Below are positions 36,611-50,395 of a stretch of 64,000 bases of DNA, one piece after another. Numbering within the stretch: the stretch's first letter is position 1; every line of letters begins with the position of its first letter. Origin of the DNA: Octopus bimaculoides (lineage: Eukaryota); contig NC_068983.1 of NCBI RefSeq assembly GCF_001194135.2, positions 62,124,359-62,188,358 of the forward strand, written 5' to 3'. Both the position numbers and the translations under genes were made by a program. Under the pieces are notes generated by a model that was given only the letters and a program-made list of their open reading frames with translations, made no database searches and was not told where the DNA came from.

Positions 36611-36962
36611 CAATGGTTCTCAACCGGTGTCCAGATGGCCTCTGAGGTTCTTTTTTACGATTTGGGGGTAAGGATTCACGCAACAAAATAGTAAATCGAG
36701 TATCCAAAATAATATTCTAAGGGCTCTGAAAAAATTTGCACTTGACGAATGCATTGATATGTATTTCAAGAAACAGCTACGTCTCTTTCTCTAGCATTTT
36801 ACATAGATTAACCTACACATGTTAATGTAAAAAACAAAATAGGAATTTTGAAAGAAGTATCTATAAAACTAGTTTTGTAAACATGGGATACCTATGGGGA
36901 TTTACCAGAATATAATAATTATCAAGGGGGTCCATAGATAAAAGAAATGGTTGAGAACCCCT
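36611..36962. mobile_element. hAT (Charlie-type) MITE
   Basis: TIRs CAATGGTTCTCAACC / GGTTGAGAACCCCT. Left flank is the 8-mer GTTTAAAC; only (T)AAAC remains on the right. No ORF. Confidence 0.8.
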
Positions 36963-38293
36963 AAACGAAGCTACAATAGTAGATAAAAGTGCAACCATAT
37001 GGGCGAAAGCGAGCTAATTAGTCACATGAATTGACTCATAAATCATAATTTGGAAGAGTACACTGACAGAAGTATAACAATATCATTTTTACTCTTTCTC
37101 AGTAACTGAAGGTGTGTGTTAAAGTAGTACGAGGAAGAGTTTAATTTTACTGATTTACGATGTACTTTCTAATAAATGCGATAAGAAATGTTTTCAATCC
37201 CAAATCAAAAACATATATTTCTAAGAACATAATTACCATTTTATTTCATATGGTATTACTTTTATCATATCATATTACTGTTTTCTCGTATCGTAGTCTG
37301 TAATAAAACTTATTAATTTCCACTTTCAACTCTATTCCTATTATGTCTCTCCCATGAAATTTGGTCACTATTATTCTTATTGATTGCGACCAAAATCTAA
37401 GCAATATAAAGGAGACATACAAATACACAAGAACATTAAGGTATAAATCTCCTCTACACGCACAAGATCACACGCATTAACTCTCGAATACGCACAGATA
37501 CACTCACTGACAGTTCCTTCTGTGTACATACATATATACGCAAATGTCTCTATGTCTGTCCTTCTATCTAGATACACGCGGATATTTGCAGGCACATACT
37601 ACATTTATGTGTCTATGTATGCTTGTAAATATATACATACATATTTATATAAAATTAAAAGAAGCAACAGGATATCCAGTGGTGATGCAGTACGACAGTT
37701 TCAAGCGCTCCATTTTATTGAAAAATGCAATCATTACATCAATTTAAATGAAGAGCTATCCACAGCTGCATAAATAAATAAAATACATAAATAGAATTAA
37801 TTTAATCACTCGGACACATTTCTATAATTTTACATAAATCCTTTAAGAGGGTTAGAAGACAGACAAAGTCCATCTTGTTTTCACATCAGCTTAGAAGTTT
37901 CTAAAACATCAGGAAGAAAAATGTGTTAGGGTCCTAGCTTGTCACCGATTTTTGGGTCGGTTTTAATTTATAGCCTTGTTTATCAAATCTTTGTATATCA
38001 AAATCTAAGACTAGGGAGCAGTGTCTGTTAGGAAAGGGCATGAGAGAGTTGACAGAATCATAGTGGGTATAGTCATAAAACTTGTCAAGTAGTATAAAGT
38101 AACTGGCTATAATGAGGTTTGGTAAAGGAAGTCCTTAAATCAAGATGTTAATTTAGGGTTATCAAGAAAAATATTATAACCAAAAGGATAAATTTTGAAT
38201 AATATTGAATATATACCAAAATTTTCAACAATAGAGACAGAGAAAAAAAATTACATAGAATTAGTTTAATATTCATTCTTATATTTAATTACT

Positions 38294-38335
<42 letters not shown>

Positions 38336-39397
38336 GCACACGCATACACAGACGCACGCACACACGCACACACACACGCACACGCACACTTATATATAGG
38401 TATTAAATTTTAAAATATAAATTGAATAGAAATAAAAATGACATCGTATATAAATCGGTTTAAAGTACTAAAGAAACCAAAACGTAAATATAGAAAAGAA
38501 TTAATAATAATTAAATCATGAATAATATTTAATATATAGGAGTTCAGTTATACAGAGCAGGATCGATAAATAAGAAATAAATTATGAATAAAAAATAATA
38601 TATTCTACTAGCGGAAACACCTGGACTTTAGATGAAAATTGGCTTTACAAAAGGTAAGGGCAAAACAGAACCAGCCGAAGTAAATCTGTACCCTAGTATT
38701 AAACACTGGCATGTATCCATCTCATTGAATATAAAGTGTAGTGCGAAATATATTTATTTGGAAGCAGCTAACTTCATAGATACATACATACATACATACA
38801 TACATACATACATACATACATACATACACACATATACATACATAGTGTACATGTATATATGTATGTATATGTAATTATATACAAGTAATATACACACACA
38901 CTCGCACCTATATTGTGTACTGTTACGTAAATGGTAGGATCAAGACGGAAAGTCTTCCATCCAGCGTGAATTAGACTTCATTTAATAAACGCAGAATTTA
39001 ATCATGAAAATCTACACATACTCGAATAGTACAATAGTTAGATGAGCTTGCTTAGCGTGTACCACCCTGCAATCTTTCAGACTCAAAATAAACATCGCTG
39101 CAATTTGACAAAAATTGAGAATGCCGGGGAAGAACGGGGAATAATAACGAAAAACCAAGAATAAAGAAATAAAACGAGAAAGGAAATCTAGGAATGAAGA
39201 GAAATAAGAGTTGTGAACAGACACTTGTTCGCGAGAAAAGTGAAGTTTGTGAAACTATGTCTTTTCTGGAGAGGTTGGTGTTCTCGAGTTAGATACTAGA
39301 AACTTGCTGAGACGCTTGCATTTCCACAAATCTCCCTTCTTTCCAAGCTTTCTTTTTCTCGTTTTTTTTAATTATTTATTTATTTATTTATTTATTT

Positions 39398-39740
39398 GTT
39401 TCAGTCATTTGCCTGCGGCCATGCTGGAGCACCACCTTTAGTCGAGTAAATCGACTTATTCTTTGTAAGCCTAGTACTTATCCTATCGGTCTCTTTTGCT
39501 GAGCCGCTAAGTTACTAGGACGTAAACACACCAGCATCGGTTGTCCAGCGATGCTGGGGGAACAAAAACAAAGACATAAACACACACACACACATACACA
39601 CACACGCACACATACACACATATATATATACGATGGGCTTCTTTCAGTTTCCGTCTGCCAAATCCACTCACAAGGCTTTAGTCTGAACCCGGAACCATGT
39701 GGTTGGTAAGCAAACTACTTACCACACAGCCACTCCTCGC
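39398..39740 (-). mobile_element. tRNA-derived SINE, family B, with internal (CA)n and a (TAAA)n tail
   Basis: Minus-strand head GCGAGGAGTGGCTGTGTGGTAAGTAGTTTGCTTACCAACCACATGGTTCCGGGTTC; body ttgtgagtggatttggcagacggaaactgaaagaagcccatcg matches 43109-43243; (TTTA)n at 39362-39397. Confidence 0.88.
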
Positions 39741-39893
39741 TTTTTTTTCTGTTTTCTCACGTTCTTACACGAAGTTGGAGAAACAAGTGTTAGGCAATGG
39801 TATACAGTACCGGCCCAATACATAAGAAAGTGAGCATGAGGAACTTGTCCTCTTAGAACCCCTCCAACCATCTATTTTAGAATTCTTTCAACC

Positions 39894-39927
<34 letters not shown>

Positions 39928-40925
39928 GTGTATGTATGTGAGTCTATGTATGTATGTATGAATGTATGTATGTGTGTATGTATGTACGTATGTATGTATG
40001 TGTATGTATGTATGTATGTATGTATATATGTATGTATGTGTATTATGTGTGGTGTGTGCATGTATGTGCACTGTGTATGTATACATGAAAATACTGGAAG
40101 AATGGCAAAAGCATGTGATATAAAAAGCATCATATTTCACCTATTGCGTAGTTTTGTGTACTTGTGTGTGTGTGTGCGTGAGTGTGTGTGTGCGTGCGTG
40201 TGCATGCGTGTGTACGCGCGTGTGTGTGTGTGTGTGTGTGTGCGTCATGTGTGCGTGTGTGTGTCTGTGTGTGTGCGCGCGTGTGTGTGCGTGTGTGCAT
40301 GTGTGTGTACAATAGCTACCGAGGCCACCCACGTGTCTCCAAATGTGTTCAGTCTCTCTCACAAGTGTCTTCAAAGAAATTTCTACTCAAGTCATCGTTA
40401 TCCGTTTTCTAATGAGCTTCGCTTGTCTCGTGTTGATTTTCATTACTTTTTCGTTATAGCCTGCTCTTTTTCTATGTGGATAGTAGGAAGACTTCCGAGC
40501 AAGACTTTTCTCTCTCTTTTAAGTAGAAAAATAAAAATGTTAAGAACTGATTTCTTTCTTAGCAATTATTTTCCATACTGAATTTAATGGTCAGGGTTAG
40601 CATTTTTGGCTCCTCTGATTTGTAAAACTATTCTTTCGTGTGGTCTTAAATCTTAAGTGAAGAATGTACGAAATGTGGCAAACATCTCTTACATGTGGAA
40701 AAAATAAATAAATGAAGCTGAAATTAAATTGAATATTGAAAATAACTACAGAAGATACGATATATATAAAAACATCGTTTTTCACTAAGAAGAGAAAGAG
40801 TATTTCGTAAGGTATATTCCTCTTGCAAAGGAAAAGGCACAATCACAGTATCAGATCTTCTGCATACTTGTTTATAACAACAAAAACAACAGCAACAAGA
40901 ACCACAATAATAATAATAATAATAA

Positions 40926-40990
<65 letters not shown>

Positions 40991-41160
40991 CGCTTTAACA
41001 GTACATTAATATTAAGTTGGATATAAAGATTACCTTTTGATATCAATAAAGATTCCATCACTAAAATTTAATATGCATACATACATGTACACATACATAC
41101 ATACATACATACATGCATACATACATATATACATACATACATATATATATATATATACAC

Positions 41161-41242
<82 letters not shown>

Positions 41243-42204
41243 AAATTGATATAAAAATGAGCTAAGAGAAACATCTGAAAGTCGCCATTGACATATATTT
41301 GAGCAATGCAGACGAATCAGGAGATGATATGTACGTACGTAGGGGAAACAAACACACGCGTGCAGGTGCGAGCATATGTATGTTCCTGTATGTGCAAGAA
41401 GTTGTAAATTTTGACAAATGCACAAATACACACGCGCGTGCATCCGCTTACACGCAGAAAGGCACACACACATGAATCACTTATAAAAGATATATTTGCG
41501 CATTCTACTTCAGATTCTTTATGTTGTTATGGAAAGAGTTATAAAATTCCAGACTCAAATTATTGACGTGTTCCAGCCCATTGACCATTCTTGCAAAGTA
41601 TTCATATCGTGACATTTCTAAAGGAACGTAAGTATATTTTTTACCTAGTTTGGTTTTGGTTCTTAAAGATAAATATTGATGAGTAAAATAAGAATTAGCG
41701 AAACTGTTCTCATGCTTTCATTTTGTAGTATAGTGTAGTGTCTTTGTATATTGAATGCTGGATTTTAGATATAAATTCACATTGACAGATATCGTATTCT
41801 ATGATAGAAATACCAATATAAAGCTGAATTGATAGTGGATATATTGGTTTTATCAAATTGTGTGGTCCAATTAGCTTCTGTTTGCAAGTAAATAGAAACT
41901 GTAAGAAGGCGTGCGGTGCTAACTTGTCTAATTTAATGATTTTGTTTATGAGATATATGAGATATATAAATTTATGATTATAACAAAAGGCATAAAACAC
42001 ATTGACAGTTTATTCCCCGTTGAGTCTCTTAGATTTTCTAAAATATTTTATATCGTTCTGTAATTGATAAGTAAAATAATATTATCCGTTGGAAACTCAC
42101 GTTAATTTTCATGATTCTATTTTAGACGAGTTCCTCTCGACTATATGTTGCATATATCAAAGTTTAACAAGTCAATATTGAAAGTGTTTTGCCTTCGGTT
42201 GTTA

Positions 42205-42410
42205 TTATTGTTAAATGCAGGTGAGACTTGGTTGAGCAGAACTACGTTCAAAGGTATTCCACTCATGAGTACCCTTTTATGTTAGAGTACGTCTAAAATG
42301 ATCAAAATGTCCTTCACTTTCTCGAAGAGAATAGAGTGTGATTTGAGAGAAAAATGTTTGCTAATTTCAGCACGTCAAGTGACCAAGTAGAGTTTCTTTA
42401 CTCTATTATG
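42205..42410. mobile_element. Degenerate interspersed repeat, family D
   Basis: gttgagcagaactacgttcaaaggtattcc...agagtgtgatttgagag...ttgctaatttcagc; same family as 13185 and 48205. Confidence 0.5.
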
Positions 42411-43108
42411 ATATTTTCTATTGTTTGTGATGGTAGATGTTTCCTTCTGAGATTTGTTTTCTCTTTTGTATAATTTTACCTTCGCCTCCTCTGCTAACTA
42501 CTACCTTCCTTGCAGATCATAACCAAAAATAATTATGCATATTCAGAAGTAGAAAAACAGAAAATATCATTTTATAGTCATATATCAGGAAGATAAGAAT
42601 ATTGATCTTGAATTATTATTAATATATTGTATGAAATTAATTGCAACTAATGGAACACATAAATTTCACTAAGCATACAAAATATATGTATAAAAAACCG
42701 ACTTATACATTTATATTTAAGTCACTACTGTACATAAGGACATGGAAGACATTCGCTTCCAGGCCCTTTACATGAAGGAACATTTTAAGTCTAAACTTTA
42801 TCAGCAAAACCACGTCACACTGGACACTAAATGACATTCGCGAATTGACGGACGCTTGTTTCGGCGTGCTTGTATAGACGCAAAATAAAAAAAAAATAGT
42901 ATTTTATATAGCTTAGTGTCACGTAACTGATGTAATTTTCTTTGGTGAGACTAACCTGGTCTTACTTAGGAAAAGAAAGAAAGAAAGAAAAAAGAAAGAA
43001 AGAAGGGAAGAAAGAAAGGAAGAAAGAAAGAAGGGAAGAAAGACAGGAAGAAAGAAAGAAAGAAAGATATAGAAACGAAAAATTATTATGCTTACGCCAA
43101 AAATCTAG

Positions 43109-43243
43109 ACTGGTAAGTAGCTTGCTTACCAACCACATGGTCCGAGTTCAGTCCCACTTGGGCAAGTTTCTTCTACTATAGCCTCGGGCCGACCAAAGCC
43201 TTGTGAGTGGATTTGGTAGACGGAAACTGGAAGAAGCTCGTCG
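43109..43243 (+). mobile_element. tRNA-derived SINE, family B (5' part, running into (AT)n and a gap)
   Basis: tggtaagtagcttgcttaccaaccacatggtccgagttcagtcccacttgggcaagtttcttctactatagcctcgggccgaccaaagccttgtgagtggatttggtagacggaaactg. Confidence 0.88.
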
Positions 43244-43272
43244 TATATATATATATATATATATATATATAT

Positions 43273-43742
43273 NNNNNNNNNNNNNNNNNNNNNNNNNNNN
43301 NNNNNNNNNNNNNNNNNNNNNNNNNNNNNNNNNNNNNNNNNNNNNNNNNNNNNNNNNNNNNNNNNNNNNNNNNNNNNNNNNNNNNNNNNNNNNNNNNNNN
43401 NNNNNNNNNNNNNNNNNNNNNNNNNNNNNNNNNNNNNNNNNNNNNNNNNNNNNNNNNNNNNNNNNNNNNNNNNNNNNNNNNNNNNNNNNNNNNNNNNNNN
43501 NNNNNNNNNNNNNNNNNNNNNNNNNNNNNNNNNNNNNNNNNNNNNNNNNNNNNNNNNNNNNNNNNNNNNNNNNNNNNNNNNNNNNNNNNNNNNNNNNNNN
43601 NNNNNNNNNNNNNNNNNNNNNNNNNNNNNNNNNNNNNNNNNNNNNNNNNNNNNNNNNNNNNNNNNNNNNNNNNNNNNNNNNNNNNNNNNNNNNNNNNNNN
43701 NNNNNNNNNNNNNNNNNNNNNNNNNNNNNNNNNNNNNNNNNN
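43273..43742. other. Assembly gap (N) within (AT)n
   Basis: N run. Confidence 1.
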
Positions 43743-43792
<50 letters not shown>

Positions 43793-44354
43793 CGCACACA
43801 TATATCTTTTCCTCAATCTCTTAACATATCATATATACGTGCATACATGCACACACGTGTAAATATAGTCCGAGATTTAGTTTTGTCTTTGTTTGGCAAG
43901 AAGCCTAAATTATTGCTATATTAATGAACTTATAACCATAAGTTTTAATGTGCTGAGGGCGGAAATCTAATTATTTAATAGTATTACTTTTGTTTATATT
44001 GTTTACCTCTGATTCTGGCCAGAACAGAGGATAAGTTAGAACAGGTTTCTCTCATTTTAGATCTCGTTAGCGAAGAACAGTTTGTTCGTCACTGGCAAAT
44101 TAATAAGACACTCTACCTTGTTATACAATAGCATATATGAATAAATATCACAAGGCATCGTAATCATTGATGGTATTATACAACGACGCCATCGATGCCA
44201 AAAATAAATCAAGTACTTCTTATGAAACTGAAGGTAGTCAGGAATAAAACTAATAAATATAATACTTAATTGGTAAGGATAATTAAATGAATATTAGTTT
44301 AATGTTCAATGGCAGATGTTAATTTAATCTAATATCAGCCTGCATGGCCGAAAA

Positions 44355-44394
44355 TTCCAGACGTTTTTGTTATTATGAGACTTCTTCAGTGAAG
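44355..44394 (-). ncRNA. Decayed hammerhead-like motif (probably inactive)
   Basis: Minus strand TTCA-CTGAAGA-A-GTC-tcataat-AAC-AAAAA-CG-TC-TGGAA. Stem I pairs and the ACGT palindrome and GUC site are kept, but G12 and stem II are mutated. Confidence 0.3.
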
Positions 44395-44943
44395 CATAAC
44401 CCTGTCCGTACTTTCTATATTATTGATAAAAGAATCACTATGTGTCACTATATCGGTGAATAATATACAGGATACGGTGTTAAAAGCAACATACAATATA
44501 TTCTTTTTAGCAAATGTATATCCTTTAGTTTGTTTTAGACAGCTCACTCTAGTGCAGTCTTTAAATGTGTTTCGTCAGAAAAACAATTTTGAGATTAGCA
44601 AGTATACGCAAGTACAATTACACTACACCCGCTTCTTAAAACATAGAAGAATATACAGAAGCACAGACACATACAAAAGAATTATATGTGTGTGCACAGA
44701 GTTGTTCAAACGCACACAGTACGCACAAAGACATATATATGTGTACGAGAATAACCACTTTTACTAGCTAAACGGTAAACGGTGACTTCGATATATTGCT
44801 GTATAGTGGCTTTCTTCAGTCCTGGAATATGTTATGTATTATTTTACATATGAAGCCACACATCAATATATTAATAAGAGAGTGTCTTTGAATATATACA
44901 ATCATATACACATTACATACATACATACATACACACACACACG

Positions 44944-44999
<56 letters not shown>

Positions 45000-45107
45000 T
45001 GTGTGTGTGTGTGTATGTATATATGCATAGTTATATGTATAGACATATATACATACATAGATACACACACACAGAGAGACAGATATATATATATATATAT
45101 ATATATA

Positions 45108-45506
45108 NNNNNNNNNNNNNNNNNNNNNNNNNNNNNNNNNNNNNNNNNNNNNNNNNNNNNNNNNNNNNNNNNNNNNNNNNNNNNNNNNNNNNNNNNNNNN
45201 NNNNNNNNNNNNNNNNNNNNNNNNNNNNNNNNNNNNNNNNNNNNNNNNNNNNNNNNNNNNNNNNNNNNNNNNNNNNNNNNNNNNNNNNNNNNNNNNNNNN
45301 NNNNNNNNNNNNNNNNNNNNNNNNNNNNNNNNNNNNNNNNNNNNNNNNNNNNNNNNNNNNNNNNNNNNNNNNNNNNNNNNNNNNNNNNNNNNNNNNNNNN
45401 NNNNNNNNNNNNNNNNNNNNNNNNNNNNNNNNNNNNNNNNNNNNNNNNNNNNNNNNNNNNNNNNNNNNNNNNNNNNNNNNNNNNNNNNNNNNNNNNNNNN
45501 NNNNNN
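45108..45506. other. Assembly gap (N) within (AT)n
   Basis: N run. Confidence 1.
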
Positions 45507-46299
45507 TATATATATATATATATATTTACACATACATAAATATGCGCACACACAAGCACACAAGCACAGGTATATCACCGGATTCAATGTCAAATGACTT
45601 AGTCAATACAGAGTAAAATCAAAATGTATATACATGTTATACACTGAGACTTCGTTCGATCTTACGTGATATATGGCTATGTATGTGGATGTGATAGTAA
45701 ATTTAAATAAAAACATGATTTTCTAGGCATTTTGCTGCTTGCCTAATTAAATCCTGGTAATTAAACCTTAATATAGAATAAAGTGTTCATATGGAAATAT
45801 ATTTATGGATGTCTTGCAGCAAGAAAGTCTAAAATGTAATTATTGGTTTCTAAACTAACGACAAATGCCTGCGCACCTTCTTTGGATAACAACACAAGAG
45901 TTGCTAAGATACGACAAATACGTCATTTTAAAACAGGGACGAAATAGAAGATGGATTCATATGTGTCAGGTAACTTAATGAGTTTCCGTCGTGCTCTGAT
46001 GAAAGTATAATTGATAACTATATGTATAATTAACAGCTCGACTGTTTTGACTCATGCTTATGCGTTTGTCTGTTTGTCTCTGTTGACTTGTATATGTTTA
46101 TGTGCGCGAGCACGTATGTGTGTGTATGTGCTAGAGAGAAAAAAGTGTGGATCGCAAGATCTATTTTAACGAAAAAACAGTAGCAAGAATGAATACTATT
46201 ATCTCACAGCGTGATTTATTAAACACAATTCCAGCAGTCTATCTATGGTGTTTCAACAACTTGCAAATATCTTTACAAACTGCTATCTTGATCTTTGTA

Positions 46300-46497
46300 G
46301 GCACAAGTACTAATATTTGGTGCCGAGGTGGGGTAGTCAGTTACATTGAATCCAGTGTTCAACTGGTACTATTTTATTGACCCCGAAAGTATGAAAGGCA
46401 AAGTCGACCTCGGCAGAATTTGAACTTAGATTGTAAAGACAGACGAAATGCCGCTAAGCATTTTGTCCGGCATGGTAACGATTCTGCCAGCTCGCTG
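46300..46497 (-). mobile_element. tRNA-derived SINE, family A
   Basis: ccccgaaagtatgaaaggcaaagtcgacctcggcagaatttgaacttagattgtaaagacagacgaaatgccgctaagcattttgtccggc. Confidence 0.88.
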
Positions 46498-46520
46498 TTT
46501 TATCTTGATGGTTTTTAGTA

Positions 46521-47760
46521 TACTTGGTCGTCAAGTATGAAATTTGTAGTAAGGTATATGGTAAACTGACAGCTGCTGATTTTGCGCCGTTATTATATTT
46601 TGACAATATTTTTTGTTAGAAAGCTGACACATCTGTTTCTTTATTCTAACTCATTTTGCGCTTTATAAGTATTTTGTGCTATTTTTGTTTAGAGTCGGAA
46701 AATCGTACACTTTTGAATATGAGTTCTTTCTTGGAAATACAGCATCACAGACATCTCAGAATATTAATGGACTATTTCATTGTAATGTTCTTATGCAGCA
46801 GGCAGTATCAAATTGGTTTGCAAAATTTCGTTCTGGTAACTTTGACCTCACAAATGAGCAGCGCGGTTGACCAGAAACAAAGGTGAGTAATGACGAACTG
46901 AAAGCCACCGTCGAGTCAGATCCATCTCAAAGTGCCCATGAAGTATCGTTGTTTGGTGTTAACAAGCAAACAATATTGACTCATTTAGTACAAATCGGTA
47001 AAGTGAAAAGTTGAATAAGTGGGTTCCACATGAACTCAATAAAAATCAGAAACAGCAACGTTTGGAAGACTGCACTGTGCTACTTTCTCGTCATAAAAAT
47101 GAAGCATTTTTTAATCGAATTGTAACATGTGATGAGAAATGAATCCAATACCACAACTGTAAACGTTCAGCACAATGGTTGGACAAAGACGAGCCACCAA
47201 AACACAGTCCAAAAATCAAAATGCCTCAAAAGAAGCTGATAGTGTGTGTTTGGTGGTCTGGCGCAGGTGTGATCTATTATGATTTCATTAAACATGGCTC
47301 ATCAATCACAGCCGAAGTATACTGAATCCAACTGGACCAAATGATGCAGAAACTTACAAAAAAAACAACAAAAAAACCCCAGCTTAGATTAGTCAACAGA
47401 TCCACTCCTATTGTATTGCAAGACAACGCCAGACCACACATCGCAAAAATGACATTGGGGAAACTACAGGAGTTGGAGTTGGAAATTCTCCATCATCCAC
47501 CATACTCACATGATCTTGTCCCCAGTGACTACCACTTCTTCCTGAACTTGGAAAACATTTTGATAGGAAAAAAAAATTAATTCCGACGATGCTGTAAAAC
47601 AGGCCTTCACAGATTTTATTGACTCTAGATTGCCAAGCTTTTACAGTTCCGGACTGGACAAGCTGCCGCTGCAATGGCAAAATTGTATTGACAATATGGG
47701 TGCATACTTTGATGAATAAAACTATTCCTTGTATTTATAAAACATTAGCAAACTTTTTTC
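46521..47760 (+). mobile_element. Near full-length mariner element (cecropia/Hsmar1-like subfamily)
   Basis: Contains the transposase pseudogene below. The putative left end is TA-CTTGGTCGTCAAGTATGAAATTT; no matching right TIR is evident. Confidence 0.88.
46690..47718 (+). pseudogene. Mariner D,D34D transposase pseudogene
   Basis: FEYEF..GNTASQT, WFAKFRSGNFDL, KWVPHEL, IVTCDEK*, VWWS, LQDNARPH, HPPYSHDLVPSDYHFF and WQNCIDNMGAYFDE* (TAA 47716-47718); several stops and frameshifts. Confidence 0.93.
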
Positions 47761-48070
47761 TATAATATATAGATAACAGATAATTAGTGAACGAATAACA
47801 TCTTCATTCGATGTAGGGTGAATATCATATATACTAACGTGTGTAGCGCCCTAAAATACATGAACACATACTTATCTCTTTAATTCTCTCTCTCTCCTCT
47901 CTCTTTCTCTCTTCCTCGCACACACTCTTTCTCCCTCTATTCCTGTACATACACCTGCATACTTACAAACACACACGCACACTTATACACACACGCACAT
48001 TTACACACACACACACACATATACCCCACCCCCACACACATAGACATTTATACATAATTGCATGCATATT

Positions 48071-48111
<41 letters not shown>

Positions 48112-48204
48112 GAGGTCGGAGAAGAGGACTAGCAGTTTTCATCTTATGACATTCAATAATTGATTAATTATATTTCAAGTGTTCTTGTTGTTGTTACTGC
48201 TGTT

Positions 48205-48350
48205 TAGCCACAAGCCATCTTGATCAAGCAAGCATACCCATGAGTAACAAAATTCCGCAGATAAACATTCTGTTACCTTTCCAGATGTAGCATATCTCAG
48301 ACTACATTATTCAGTGTGTCCTTCATTTTTGAGTGGTCGTATTATATGAT
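48205..48350. mobile_element. Degenerate interspersed repeat, family D
   Basis: gatgtagcatatctcagactacattattcagtgtgtcc is shared with 13185-13300. Confidence 0.45.
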
Positions 48351-49634
48351 TTGGTGATTATATCTAAAACATAAATGGTCCTCATTTGTGCACAGGACTA
48401 CGAGTTTATGTATTTCTATTTTAATTTATGACAATGGACATCCCATTTTGCAACCTTTATTTACATAATTTTGTGCGAGGTTTCGCAAAGCCTTTTCAAA
48501 AATATAGCTGAAAAAAATCAGAAATCGTAGTATTCAATAACAAAGCAGTTTCTTGTCTTGCGTCTTTCGATTAATAAGGTGACATGCCATGCTTCATTTC
48601 ATTTGAGTAACACCAAATATTTGTATAGGATCTTTTATTGTATATCCCTCCTGGTTTCGATTTACACCATTTAATATTCAATTTCATCGTACTGTATTTG
48701 ATAACAGCGCATTACTATCAGTATTATACTCAGTTAACTTGATCAAATTTACTTCTATCTCTCACGTACAAAAGCTTTTAAGTACTGGCAAAGCATCTTA
48801 ACTTTACTGATTCTGTGCGATATTCACTTCTTTTTACTTAATCCACAGTTGTACGTGAGGAATATGTGGATATCAGAAATTGAATTACCTTAACTTGTGA
48901 ATTCGATTCCTCCTGCTTAAGTAAAGAAATTGCTTTACTACTTTAAAAATATGCATCAGTCAACTTGACTTCAAACAATTAGATATGAAGTTCGTCTGGG
49001 CAGCAAGTTAGGTCACGTATTTTAGACAAAATATCTAACTTTTGTTGCATGAATGTTCATATTCTATTAAGAAGAAAAAGCAAAAACGAAAACATGTATA
49101 TGCATTATTGTAGCAAACATGAATTCGAAATATCATATACTAGAGAAATATTTTCCCAAAAGAATAAAAATTGATGAAATGTGTTATAATAATGTAGCTG
49201 GAAGCTTTCCCTTTCAGTATAACGCTCGTTACTACAGTTTTGAACCTCTAGCCATTTAGTAATAGTATTCTATTCCTGGGTGTGTGGAAATCACATACAA
49301 CAGCTATAGAATTGCACCTTTTTTATGGATATTATATTTTATTCTATATTAGCATTTGTAAAAGGTCTCTCAAGGCAACCAAATAATGGCTATATCAGAA
49401 GAACATAACTACAATCCTATGCATATACATATTTTCACTTCAGCAAAAACAGTATAAATTGCATCAATAATAATGGTTTTTCTTGCCTACAACAGAGTGT
49501 CCATTGCTGGACAATGCAAAGCAGAAATATAGTTCTGAACTTTTACAAGTTAGTTAGAAGAAATACATATAAATGCAATAAAATGAAAATATATATTGCT
49601 ATATTTTATCTTTTGCTACTGTCAATCATCAGAC

Positions 49635-49800
49635 TGTAACCATTCTGGGGGTACTCCTTGAAGGTGTTCATTAATCGAATAGATTGACTCCAGTACTGAT
49701 TGTTAAGTCCGCTACATACTGTATCGCATCATTTGTCGAATCGCTAAGCTAGAGAAACGTAAACAAACCAACACTTGTTCAGTGGTGGAGGGGGCAAACA
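49635..49800 (-). mobile_element. Degenerate family B SINE 3' half
   Basis: atcgaatagattgactccagtact...tttgtcgaatcgctaag...aacgtaaacaaaccaacac resembles 39400-39560. Confidence 0.55.
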
Positions 49801-49893
49801 TACACACAAAGGCACGCACACACACATACACATGCATACATGCACGCACCCTCCCACAAGCGCATACACGCACGCACAGATATACATGTATAC

Positions 49894-49926
<33 letters not shown>

Positions 49927-50347
49927 NNNNNNNNNNNNNNNNNNNNNNNNNNNNGAAAAAGTAAGTAGATAAAAACAAATGAATAAAATAAATAAAAGTA
50001 AATTAAATGAACGTGAATAATCTGCGGATACTGACAATACAGGCACCATACACATTCCCCCCACACACTAAAGATAGACACACACAGAGGGATATACGCA
50101 TCCGCAAATAAAGACACACAGTGTTATACGCATGCGCAAATAAAGGCACATACAACAAAATTGCAGATCGTTAGTAAGGAGAGACACAAAAAAGAAGAAG
50201 AAAGCAAAGGACCACTGATGAGGTCTTAGAAATGTGACGAAAGTACTCTGGCCGAAATACAATTAAAATAAGCTGAAGTGAACACTAAATATATTGTGCG
50301 TATGTTTTCATTGGATAAACTGGCAACATGACCATCCCCAAATACAA

Positions 50348-50394
<47 letters not shown>

Positions 50395-50395
<1 letters not shown>

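Noticed and set aside
37850-38170. Possible Penelope RT remnant on the minus strand
   Set aside because: Only a weak FDI-like motif; not distinguishable from chance by eye.
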